Source: Octopus sinensis (taxonomy: Eukaryota). From it: DNA of 64,000 nucleotides. The stretch is from the NCBI RefSeq assembly GCF_006345805.1, contig NC_043009.1:41292001-41356000 (forward strand), read 5' to 3'. The position numbers and the translations under genes were made by a program. Within the stretch, counting starts at the first letter, position 1, and each line of letters begins with the position of its first letter. The notes below the pieces were generated by a model, which saw only the letters and a program-made list of their open reading frames with translations, ran no database searches and was not told the DNA's origin. This document shows, piece by piece, positions 1 through 11,720 of this stretch.

Positions 1-445
1 ACAGACACACATAATATACATATATTCAAGCATATTCATATTTACATAAATGTATACACACACACAGATACACATCACACACAAACATATGCAGAAGTAT
101 ATATATATAAATATATAACACTTCATTTAATAAGACTTACATTATCTCCTTCATATTTAGCAATCTATATTTATCTTTTTGTTTTGTTTTGTTTGTTTTT
201 TTTTCCTTAATAACAAAAAAAAAATTTAAGCTTAAAAAATTTACTTAGAAGAGGATAAGAAATAAAACAAAAATTCAATCACTTCACATAAGTCTTTTTT
301 TCGCTTATATATTATAATAAAGCAAGAATGTAGTTATTTTGGTTTTTTCTTTTATGTCACATAAATGAAGATACATCGCCGTGTGCTTAAGAGTGTTCAG
401 CTCACAAAGGCACGGTCGTGAATTCAATTCCTGAACCAGAAATAC

Positions 446-499
446 CCTCGATCTTTGGCTGGATGAATGGTGAGAGTGCCAAAGGGTATCACTTTGCAA
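446..499 (-). CDS. Candidate exon of an unidentified minus-strand gene (54 nt; CKVIPFGTLTIHPAKDR), or terminal exon reading on to TGA at 424-426
   Basis: Acceptor ttctgattgttttatgttcctatgcag and possible donor AGG|gtattt; 54 nt. The phase-2 frame joins the 2818-2898 exon without a stop. Confidence 0.45.
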
Positions 500-568
500 C
501 TGCATAGGAACATAAAACAATCAGAAGAAAACATAAGGAAAGCATAATTTAGGGTACCAAACTGTAGA

Positions 569-776
569 AAGAGGGTGTTGAAAAGTTCTTGGCTTTGGGT
601 AAAAGAAAATACAGGAGAGTCAGTTGATTTTATTCAACTTATTCTCCTCTCAGATTTGTTTATCACAGCGATCCTTCAGTTACGCTAAGCTCTGTGAAAG
701 AACTTGGAAGGTTGGGCCTCCAGCAAGGCCTTTCGCGATACCCTTAAAACCAAGAACTTTTCAGCAATCCTTCATA
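569..776. mobile_element. Mariner-type MITE of about 210 bp
   Basis: Imperfect TIRs gagggtgttgaaaagttcttgg / ccaagaacttttcagcaatccttc; second copy at about 34576-34794. Confidence 0.7.
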
Positions 777-784
777 ATTATCCA

Positions 785-1066
785 CATTTAGAGGTCATAG
801 CTCAATACTGACGTGATTAGTATGCCAGAGGATAGAATTGCAAAATAGTCCCTTCAAGTCAAACCAATTACCAAGAGACCAAAAGGTAGATCAAGAACAA
901 GATGGTTGGATAATATCCACAGTCTCACTTGGTCACGGTTGGGAATCCAGCCGGAAAGTGTAATGATGGTTCCTTCTGACAGGACCCAATGAAGGGGGTG
1001 CCTGAGGATACTAGCCTCACAACCATCCCAAGAATATTGGGTGGGAAAAAATGGATGGATGGATGA
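785..1066 (+). mobile_element. RTE-group LINE 3' fragment (different family) with (GGAT)n tail
   Basis: SMPEDRIAK*SLQVKPITKRPKGRSRTRWLDNIHSLTWSRLGI resembles an RT C-terminus. Confidence 0.75.
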
Positions 1067-1324
1067 TCAGATATCCAGAAAATTTAGCTGTCTGGAAACA
1101 TTCTGGCCCCAGTGGTGCTGGACAGGAGAGAATTTACTGCAGACTGAAAGAACCTCTCCAGTGAAAAACAATTCAACAATACTAAATGCATTTAGATAGC
1201 AAGCTGGCAGAATCGGTAACCTAGTTAGCACACTGGGCAAAATGCTTAGAGGCATTTTATCCATTTTTACATTCTGATTTCAAATTCCAATGAGGTTGAC
1301 ACACACATTCATACAAACACTTAT

Positions 1325-1830
1325 ATCATCATCATCGTTTAATGTCTGCTTTCCATGCTAGCATGGGTTGGGCAATTTGACTGAGGGCTGGCGAATCAGA
1401 TGGCTGCACCAGACTCAAATCTTGATCTGGCAGTTTCTACAGCTGGATGCTCTTCCTAACGCCAACCACTCCGAGAGTGCAGTGGGTGCTTTTACGTGCC
1501 ACCGGCACGGAGGGCAGTCAGGTGGTACTGGCAACGACCTCGCTCGAATCTTTTTACACATGCCACCGGCACAGGTGCCAGTAAGGCGATGCTGGTAATG
1601 ACCATGCTCGAATGGTACCTTTTACGTTCCACCGGCAACAATCATGCTCGGATGGTGCTCTTAGCACCCTACTAGCATGGGGCCCAAGTGCCAGTAAGGC
1701 GATGCTGGTAATGATCACACTCGAATGGTGCTTTTTATGTGCCGGTTAGCCACTCTGTTAACGATTCCACTCGTATGGTGCTCTTTGCACCCCACTAGCA
1801 CGGATGCCAGTCATCGAATTTGATTTTGAC
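1325..1830 (-). mobile_element. RTE 3'UTR repeat copy
   Basis: Same family as 4685-5450; (CAT)n tract at left and internal sub-repeats. Confidence 0.85.
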
Positions 1831-2817
1831 TTCAAATTATATGTATACACATATGATTATTTGTATGGATATGTGCATGAATGTATGCATATAGATATAT
1901 ACACATGTGTGTGTATGAGAGCGTGTGTGTGTGTGTGTGTGTATATGGGTGCTAATGTGTGCATATGTGTACAAATTAGCATGAATGCTGACATTCCACA
2001 CTTGTCAGCACATAACCAAAACAGTGCTGATGCTGACACTCCTTGCTGACATGACCAGATGCTCTCAGAATCTTGCAGAATAAAAAGGCAGTAACTTATT
2101 TGAAAAACGAATAGGGTTGATGACAGGAAAAGCATCCAGCCATAAAAACCTGCTGCAAATAAAATCCCATGGAAAAACAAACGGATGGACAAAATACAGA
2201 ATACTGAACTTTAAGTGGATTCGAAACTTCAGCATAAGCTTTACATTGAACAATAAATAATTACTACTATTGCAAAATAGGGAAGAAAAAGAAAACAAAT
2301 AACAAACAACCAAATACGTAAACTATTCTATAAAATAGAGAAGAGTCGGAGAAAGGGAGATGATATGTCGTGTGAAGGATCCAGAGAATAAAGATATATT
2401 TCTTTAATGTTTCTATATAAAAAGCCTTACACAAGGAGATAGATACATGCCTAGAAAACATTAAACTCAGAAGAGAACAGAAGACAGAGCAGAGAAGAGA
2501 GATTTATTCAAAGACACAGTGTAAGTTCCAGATCTATAGATTGTCATCGGAAGTTTCCTTAAAAATGCGTAAAATGTTTTCGCATGTCTTACACAACGCA
2601 GCTATCATCTTTGATATCGATGATAATAACAAACAAGAGCATGTTCATTTAGTTTTCTTTCACTTATTTTCTCTATACCATATATTTTCACTGAAGAAAT
2701 AATATAGAGATGATAATAAATTTGCTATACAATGATTTTGTCATACAAAATTCTGTTAACCATTTCTGATACAGAAACAGATAGAAACAGATGCAGAAAA
2801 TAAAAAAAAAAACTAAC

Positions 2818-2898
2818 CTCGCTGTTATATTACATACAACATACACTTGACTTCTGTCATCATAGTTTATATACAAGGAGTCAAACGATAATTGTGTT
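2818..2898 (-). CDS. Candidate exon of an unidentified minus-strand gene (81 nt; TQLSFDSLYINYDDRSQVYVVCNITA)
   Basis: Acceptor tcttactttttttctgaag and donor GAG|gttagt; 81 nt. Only the phase-2 frame is stop-free. Confidence 0.55.
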
Positions 2899-4427
2899 CT
2901 TCAGAAAAAAAGTAAGATTCACTCTCACAATAAGTTTAGTTTTCTCATACAGATTCAGATGTCATTGTAACAACAGTACTCTTACAAAAGATTAATTTGA
3001 TCACAATAATTTACAAAATGAACACTGACATAGCCAGCTTCCAGGAAACTTAACTTTACTATGTTGGTTCAAACAGGAAATTGATGACATAAACAGTTAA
3101 ATAAATAGTCAAGAGTTAAATACTTCTTTTTAAATAATTTGTTGTTTTCACTTCTAACTGTTAACCGTATTACTTGATTTAGTGTGACAACTTTGAGTAT
3201 CTACTGAAATCTAATAAAAATAGATAAAGCATCTTGTGCGGGTGCCAGAATAACTGTGTGGTTATGAATATTCCCTAACTATTGTAGATGCAGGCATGGC
3301 TACGTGGTTAAGAAGCTTGGTTCCCAACCATGTGGTCTTAAGTTCAGTTCCACTGTACTGCACCTTGGGCAAGCATTTTTTTTAGATTGCAGCCATGCTG
3401 GGGCACTGCCATAAAGAATTTTAGTCAAACAAATTAACCCCAGCACTTATTATTTTTATAAAGCCTGCCACTCATCTTATTGGTCTCTTTTGCTGAACTG
3501 CTACGTAACAGGATGTAAATACACTGATACTAGTTGTTAAGTGGTGTAGGGGGACAAATACATACACAAAGACACACAGACAGATATATATATATACATA
3601 TATGTAAAGGTATGTAGTAAAATACAACATGGACAAGAACGTATAACTCTTAGAAGACGACACAATAAACACGGACAGGACACTCGAAACCCTCAGTCTT
3701 CAGTCAAGAACCGGATCATCGTAGTAATTTCGGCTGAATATATATATATATATATATATGCACACTGTTTGTTTATGATTTTGTTGACTATACAGTATAG
3801 TAGGGTCAGTTGGGTGTCATCTTTCTTCTCTTCACTCCTACCCACCTTCTCCTTCCTCCCTTCATCGTCAACCCTCCCTTCAGTGGGACTGAACCCAGAA
3901 CCACGTGGTTGGTAAGCAAGCTTCTTACCACACAGCAGCTCCTGTGCCTATTAAACTTTTTTAAGGGAAAAGTTGACAATGACTTCAAAAGTCCAGATTT
4001 CCCAATCAGGCTGACCAAGACCCAGACATGCTTGAATAAAACGATTGATGGAGTTGACAAGGCATGGCCTGGGTCCAATGCCTAAAACTAGTAAAATAAT
4101 GAAAGAATAAACAAATTATAAAATTTCTTTTCTTAGACCCAAACGGACATAGTTGAGAGGAATCTACAAAGATTCTTGAAAAATCTGTTAAACGTGACTG
4201 ACTCTAGTAATGGATTCACCAACAAAAGTTAAATAAACATGATTCATAAACAGAAGTTAAATAATCATTACAAAGATCAGCAAGATTTTATGTTATTTTA
4301 TATTTATAGCATAGGTCCAAGCATGGCTGTGTGGTAAAAGGCTTTCCAACCACTTTGTACCAGGTTCAGTCTCACTGAAAGAATCCCATTGCGTACATAA
4401 ATATATATATATTTATATATATATATA

Positions 4428-4659
4428 TTATTTCTTTATTGCCCACAAGGGGCTAAACAAAGAGGAGACAAACAAAGACACACAAAGGGATTAAGCCGAT
4501 TTCATCGACCCCAGTGCGTAACTGGTACTTAATTTATCGACCCCAAAAGGATGAAAGGCAAAGTCGACCTCGGCGGAATTTGAACTCGGAACGTAACGAC
4601 AGGCGAAATACGGCTACGCATTTCGCCCGGCGTGCTAACGTTTCTGCCAGCTCGCCGCC
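4428..4659 (-). mobile_element. SINE family B copy, full length, CpGs intact
   Basis: Reverse complement of family B inside a (TA)n tract. Other copies at about 1195-1310, 12130-12240, 20262-20375, 52750-52870, 53360-53500, 58215-58350, 62690-62850 and 63850-64000. Confidence 0.88.
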
Positions 4660-4684
4660 TTAATATATATATATATATATATAT

Positions 4685-5450
4685 ATATCATCATCGTCAT
4701 TTAACACCCGCTTTCCATGCTGGCATGGTTTGGACAGTTTGACTGAGGACTGGCGAGCCAGCAGGCTGCATCAGGCTCCAATCTGATCTGGCAAAGTTTC
4801 TACAGCTGGATACCCTTCCTAATGCCAACCACTCCGAGAGTGTAGTGGATGCTTTTACGTGCCACTGGTATGAGGGCCAGGCAGGTGGTACTGGCAACAA
4901 CCATGCTCAAATGGTGCTTTTTACGTGCCACCTGCACAGGAGCCAGTCCAGCGGCACTGGCAATGACCACGCTCGAATGCTGTTTTCCATGTGCCAGTAA
5001 GGCAGCAGTGGCAACGATCATGCTTGAATGGTGCTTTTTACATGCCACCAGCACGGGAGCCAGTCAGCGGCCCTGAAAATGATCACACTCGGATGGTGCT
5101 TTTAATGTTCCACTGGCACAGGTGCCAATCAGACAGTACTGTCATCGGCCATGTCAGCGATTTTGATTTCACTTGCCTCAACAGGTCTTTACAAGCAAAG
5201 TTTACTGTCCACTGGATGAAGAATACTCCTAAGTGGGCTGGTTATACACCAGTCATAGGCCACGAGTTGTGGTCTCACTTGGCTTGCCAAATCTTCTCAA
5301 GTACAACATATCTCCAAAGGTCTTGGTCACCAGTCACTGCCTCGGTGAGACCCAATGTTCGGCCTCACCACTTCATCCCAGGTCTTCCTGGGTCTACCTC
5401 TTCCACAGATTCGTCAACTGCTAGGGTGTAACGCTTTTTCACACAGCTTC
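4685..5450 (-). mobile_element. 5'-truncated RTE LINE: RT C-terminus + sub-repeated 3'UTR + (GAT)n tail
   Basis: Minus-strand CGRGRPRKTWDEVV at about 5350-5410 is contiguous with the common ctggatgcccttcctaacgccaaccactcc repeat and a (CAT)n tract on +. Confidence 0.85.
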
Positions 5451-7304
5451 ACTGAAACAATATATATATATACAAAGTAAGATAGGGGTTATGGGTGTAA
5501 CCCACTGTGAGATAGTATTTATCCAATATACTGTTGGTAAAGTACCCAGATTCTTAATACATAAATGTTTTTAATTGCAATGCAATTAACTCATTTATTG
5601 TATTAAACGGGTGAAGGTAAAGAAATATTTTTACCGTAAATTTATAATACAAATAAGAAAATGTCCAACATTCAAATATCCGTAAGTTGATGATCAAACT
5701 AAATTTGTTTCTCCATTTTCTTATTTGTATTATATATATATATATATATAATAAAGGGTATAAAAATAGCATACTCTGAGGGAACTAAAAGATGTAGAGT
5801 AAACCAAGGGTAGGGTAATCCAGTGTAAGGAAAACCCTTCACCTTTTTTTTCTTTTTTACAATGCAATTGAGGGAGATTTGAAAGCTACTTCTAGTCATG
5901 TGGAGGCTCCCACATATACATACATGTCCTTTTGACATTTGTTGTTTTTGTTTTTATAATACGCTGCAGTACATTGGAGCTTGTCCAGAAGACCTTTTCC
6001 ATAGCTTTTCTGATTTGTCTTAAGTGAAATCTCCCACTGTCTCTGACATAAATGTGTGTGTGTGTGTGTGTGTGTGGACAATAGATAAAGAGGCATTTCC
6101 CTAGTGGAAAAATGAGTGTGTGTGTGGTAATTTGTTACAACACTGATTTTGCAGATAAACAAAAAAAAAAGAAAGAAAGAATTCAGAAACCATAACAAAA
6201 GACTTTTTCTCCATTTAGGAGGACAATGAAAATAGCAGTAGTCATGGAATGAAAGAGAAGAGAAGTGAGAGAGAGAGAGATTTTTAGTAGTGTGTCTTGG
6301 AAAAGGAAAGGGAGTCACACCCCAAAAATGTGAAAAGGGGAATTCTTATTGAGAAAATGGGTTTTGTCTTTTAATTTTGTCTCATTTTTGCTTGTTTGTT
6401 GTTTGAAGAATATCTGCTAGTTTCATTAGCCCTTGTGTTTCTGTGGTAGGTTTGTGGCTATGTATATATCAAGACAACTCTACAGAGAAGAAAGGGTTTC
6501 AAAGAAAACATTAAAAAAAAAAAAAAAAAAAAAACAGACACCCCTATAACCCCACATTGAATTCTCCTAAACCTATTCTTTAGTTTGCAGAGAAAGAAGG
6601 GGGGGGGGTATTGTGTTGTTGTCATTATTGTTGCTGTTGTTGTTTTTGGTATTGTCTTAAAGAACGTCAAATATTTCTTGTGCCACACAAAACAATTAAA
6701 AAAAAAAGGACAAAACAAGAGTTTGACACAAATTTATTCCAAGAAACAAAAAAAACAGAACTTTTGTTTCATGTTGAATTGTTAAGTAGGTTCAATACCA
6801 CTTGGGATTTCATTCACATCACTCAGCTGTCCAGCATTTGCTTACAACTTGGAGCTAATACAGAGAACCTAGACATTTTCTATTCACTAACAAGGAGACA
6901 AAACATAATTAGATTAAACATACTGTCAAAAAATATGTATATAACCAAAAGCACACATGCACATTTTATATACACACAGTGCATGTGTGTGTGTGTCTGA
7001 ATGTGTATATAAACATGTCTATATTATAATACATTGTATATATTTGAAAAAGGTTTTCTTGAATTAAAAATTATTAGTTAATTAAAAAGAAATTCTTAAA
7101 AGGAGGGAAAATGCACGTTGAAAAGCCGAAAGCAGCAAAAAGTGCTTACACAAAAGCTTCCTTCCATAGTGTCTGTGTTAATCGTTTTTTTTTTCAATGA
7201 TTTGTTATATGACTAACAAGTTTTGTATTTAAGAAAATTTTTTTACCAAATACCGTAACACAATCAAGAAATTTTTCTGAAATTTTATGTAATATATCAA
7301 ATGG

Positions 7305-7640
7305 AATTGTAGTTACGACACCTGTGCCGGTGGCACGTAAAAAGCACCATCAGAACGTGGCCGATGCCAGCGCCGCCTTGACTGGCTTCTGTGCCGGTGG
7401 CACATAAAAAGCACCAACCGATCGTGGCCACTGCCAGCCTCCCCTGGCACCTGTGCCAGTGGCACGTAAAAAGTACCCACTACACTCACGGAGTGGTTGG
7501 TGTCAGGAAGGGCATCCAGCTGTAGAAACACTGCCAGATCAAACAGGAGCCTGGTGCAGCCTCTTGGCTTCCCAGACCCCGGTCGAACCATCCAACCCAT
7601 GCTAGCACGGAAATCGGACGTTAAACGATGATGATGATGA
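7305..7640 (+). mobile_element. RTE 3'UTR repeat copy
   Basis: Reverse complement of the family above, ending cggacgttaaacgatgatgatgat. Confidence 0.85.
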
Positions 7641-8289
7641 TAGAATAGTTATTAATAGGTGCAGGCATGGCTGGTAAGAAGTTAGCTTCCCAACCACAAG
7701 GTTCCGGATTCAATCCTACTGCATGGCACCTCGAGCAAGTGTCTTCAACTATAGCTCCAGGCTGACAAAAGCCTTTGTGGGTGGATTTAGTAGAGAGAAA
7801 CTAAAAGAAGCCTGTTATGTATATACAGATATGTATGTGTGTGTACATGTGTCTTGGAGTTTGTTTCCACTCCACCGTTTGTTATCTGGTGCTGGTTTGT
7901 TCACATCTCCACAACTTAGTGGGCTGGCAAAAAGAGACCAATAAAATAAGAACCAGGCCTAGAAAAAATAAGTAATAGGTGATTTGTTCAACTAGACCCT
8001 TCAGGGTGTGTGCACCAGCATGGCCAAGGTCTAATGACCGAAACAATATATGTGTATGTGTGTGTGTGTGTCTGATGGCTATCAGATCGTGCAAAATTTC
8101 TAGTTCCAATAAGGCTGACAAAACACCCCATGTATAACAAGATAATATATACATACACATATATACATACATATACATATATACATAATATATACATACA
8201 TATACATATATACATATATATACATATATACATAATATATACATACATATACATATATACATAATATATACATACACATACTACTACTG

Positions 8290-8610
8290 GAACCTCATCG
8301 GTTGCCACAATCAGGGTACCAGTTGATCTGCTCAACGAAACGGACTTGCTCAGGAAATTAACGAGCATGTGGCTGAGCGTTCCACAGACATGTGAACCCT
8401 TAATGTAGTTCTCAGGGGGATTCAGCATGACACAGGGTGTGACAAGGCTGGCCCATTGAATTACAGGTACAACTCATTTTTACCAGCCAAGTGGACTGGA
8501 GCAATGTGGAATAAAGTGTCTTGCTCAAGGACACAAGGTGTCATCAGGAATTCAACTCAAAACCTTGCGAACGTGAGCTGAATACCCTCATCACTAAGTC
8601 ACGTGTCTTC
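8290..8610 (-). mobile_element. tRNA-derived SINE family D
   Basis: Head and central ttgagcaagacactttattccacattgctccagt segment are shared with copies at about 15440-15660, 18720-19085, 23570-23840, 33545-33880, 35125-35445 and 56520-56885. Confidence 0.82.
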
Positions 8611-9019
8611 ACACACACACACACACAAACACACAACAAGATCAGATAGGCAGATAGATTAAATAGAGATAGATTAGATAGAGATAGATTAGATAGATAG
8701 ATAGATAGATAGATATCTTTCTTTATTGGCCACACAGGGCTGAACACAGAGGGGACAAATACAAATGTAGAACTTTTCTTTTTGAAAATGAAAAAAGGGG
8801 AAAAATAAGAAAAAAAAGTAAAATTCTGATCAAAAGGGATCGGGAAAAAAAAAACAATCAGAAGGGATCATGTATCATAGAAGAATTTTAAAGATGTAAA
8901 AAGTAAGATTATGTTTATCTGTGGAATGAAAAGCCTACGGAAAAGACCACGGTAACCTCAGGAATGGAGGGAATAAACACATAAGAACAAAGTGCTCTCG
9001 CTCTCTCTCTCTCTCTCTT

Positions 9020-9485
9020 CGATTTACAGGATCATGCTCAAAGTGGTTTTATCACTCGCATGCACAATTTTGCTACATTCGCCCACCTTTTTTTGAAACT
9101 TTCACAAGACAAAACCTGCCTCTCCATTCTCACCTTCCTTTTCAAGTGGTACTTGAAAAAGTTGAGCGATTGGCCAGAGAGCTAAGTGTTTGTCTGTAAT
9201 CCTTTAGCTTAAGTCCACCACACACATTCTTTCAACATAGCCACCAGTACGATGAAGACTGCTTTGCCTTCCCGGTTGAGGGAAGGTGGCAGAGCAACCA
9301 ATACGATAGACTCGGCCGACAGGCGGACTCATCCCACATGAGACAGCAGCTGTTTGGCATAAGCCCACAGGTCCAAAATGGTTGGACATTGCACAAGTGC
9401 ATGCAGAATGGTTTCATCGCTCTGACTGCATCTTGGACAAGTCGATCTGGTGTGTCTCGAACCGTGCCTGTAGAGCTTATCCCAA
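9020..9485 (-). mobile_element. L1/Tx1-group LINE 3' fragment (zf-RVT region)
   Basis: Minus-strand CPRCSQSDETILHALVQCPTILDLWAYAKQLL, a CxxC...H...C knuckle; stops present. Confidence 0.8.
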
Positions 9486-9489
9486 ATGG

Positions 9490-9786
9490 GATAAATTGAT
9501 AGATTAGATAAGATTGATAGATTAGCTTAGATTAATAGATTAGCTTAGATTGATAGATTAACTTAGATCGATCGATAGATTAGACTAGATAGATAGATTA
9601 GACTAGACTAGATAGATAGATTAGATTAGATTAGATAGACAGATTAGATTAGATTAGATAGCTAGATTAGATTAGATCGATAGGATTAGATAGATAGATA
9701 GATTAGATTAGGCTAGATTAGATTAGATAGATTACATGATAGATAGATAGACAGAAAGACAGAGAGACAGATAGACAGATAAATTT

Positions 9787-9850
<64 letters not shown>
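9490..9850. repeat. Compound (GATTA)n/(GATA)n microsatellite
   Basis: Directly visible. Confidence 0.95.
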
Positions 9851-9911
9851 TGCACAAACATACACAGATACATATATAACTTACCAGTTTCAACATATTT
9901 AAATTTTACCA

Positions 9912-9944
<33 letters not shown>

Positions 9945-10523
9945 CTTACATATAAAATTTGTTGAAACTGGGAAGCTTTCATAATGTATTTAGAGCCGAG
10001 AGAAAAGTGAAAATTATTTGTGAGAAAGAAAATAGCAAGAAAATTCAGTACAGAACATACATATATATATATACACGCATATACACACACTCACAATGAG
10101 GCACAATGTAAGAATAACAAGTATTTGAAAAAAAAGTTCAAGAATTGAGAATAAGAGAGGGTGAGAATATAACATTAAAAAGAACCAGTGTTATTAATAT
10201 AAAGAAGAAACAAAAAGAGAAAGAAGGAAAAAAAGAACACAATACTATTCTTTATTTTCATGTTTTTATGACTATTCAAAGCCTGATGGTGATAGATCTT
10301 TTATGTAACTTTTTCCCCCCTTTTTCTTTGTATTTTTTTTTTTTGTTGTTTGTTATTTTCTTACTTGATGTTTTGAAATCAGAGAAATAAAAAATAAAAA
10401 AAAAACCACAGGAATTGGACAGATATGATAAATTCTAAGGTTCTTCTTCGATGTCTTCTTCATCATCATTTTCTTTATTTTCTCTCTTATTTGTTTTCAT
10501 TTTTACTTATCTAATTCCTTTTT

Positions 10524-10573
<50 letters not shown>

Positions 10574-11509
10574 GTTTTTTTTTTTTTTTTTCATTTTTAA
10601 TTCAAAACAACAAGTTTGGTTCGAGGAGAGGACAGCAGGAACCTAGATTCAGGAACCTGCAAATGTCTTTCTAGGTTCTCCCATCAAAGTGTAATAAAGC
10701 AAATATGAAGAAAATAAAGAGTTTTTTAAAAAAAGACAAAGAAAACAATAGCTAACAAGAAACATTCATACATTTCTTTATTTCTCTTGCCAAGATTATT
10801 ATTATTATTATATTATTATTATTATTTCTCTAAAGAAACAGCAAGTGTCAGGAAGACATAATATCTGAAATCTTGTATAGGAAACTGGCAAAAATAAAAT
10901 TTCTGCTCAATATTCAAAAATATATTGCCATAAACTACACTGCAACCATTGTTTATATGCCCCTGGGTGAGGCACATGATCATTAGTTTCAGTCTGACTG
11001 GCTACCTATAGGTCACACTCATTCATATTTCTTTCTTCATTGAACAATAGTAAGAGAAGCATACAACAGAATACAAATACACAAATATCAAAATTTCACA
11101 AAATATATATTTTAAAAATCACCCTAAACATACACACACACACAACTGTACTGCCATATAAACAAGTGTTTCATTAATATACACTACCCCAGTATGGCCA
11201 CAAATCAAAGACTCACACCAGTAAAGGTGTTAAAAAACATGCAAAATATAAACAGAAGCAAGATTGAAACAGGTGTAAAGTTAAATCCTCTCAGAACCAT
11301 GTAATTATAAAATTACACTTCAGCTAAAACACATCTTTTGGTTTTGGAATACGCTTTTTCTTTCTATATATTTTAAGTAAGAATTTCTGACTCATTTGTA
11401 GATGTGTCATCATTACACATCCACATTACACCTTTTAGATCAGGGAACCAGCATACCAGCAAACCACAAAATTGCACCAGCCAGCGTCACCACTACCTCC
11501 AAGCCCATC

Positions 11510-11510
<1 letters not shown>

Positions 11511-11540
<30 letters not shown>

Positions 11541-11720
11541 TGTATGTATGTATGTATGTATGTATGTATGTGTGTATGTGTGTATGTATGTGTGTATGTA
11601 TGTATGTATGTGTGTATGTGTGTATGTGTGTGTGTATGTACGTATGTATGTGTGTATGTATGTGTGTATGTATGTATGTGTGTATGTATGTATGTGTGTA
11701 TGTATGTATGTGTGTATGTG
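11511..11720. repeat. (ATGT)n/(GT)n microsatellite
   Basis: Directly visible; source of the spurious MYVC/HTYI ORFs. Confidence 0.95.

Noticed and set aside
1368-1598. Recurrent ORFs containing [12 protein letters not shown] (also 7313, 17538, 30727, 40443)
   Set aside because: Incidental frames in the RTE 3'UTR repeat; they differ between copies and are not conserved as protein.
3650-3735. GAAAC...GUC segment resembling a hammerhead in a dispersed repeat
   Set aside because: No intact CUGANGA core or stem II could be drawn.
10430-10500. Minus-strand acidic peptide MKTNKRENKENDDEEDIEEEP*
   Set aside because: Arises from a (tca/tct)-rich low-complexity tract; no acceptor site found.
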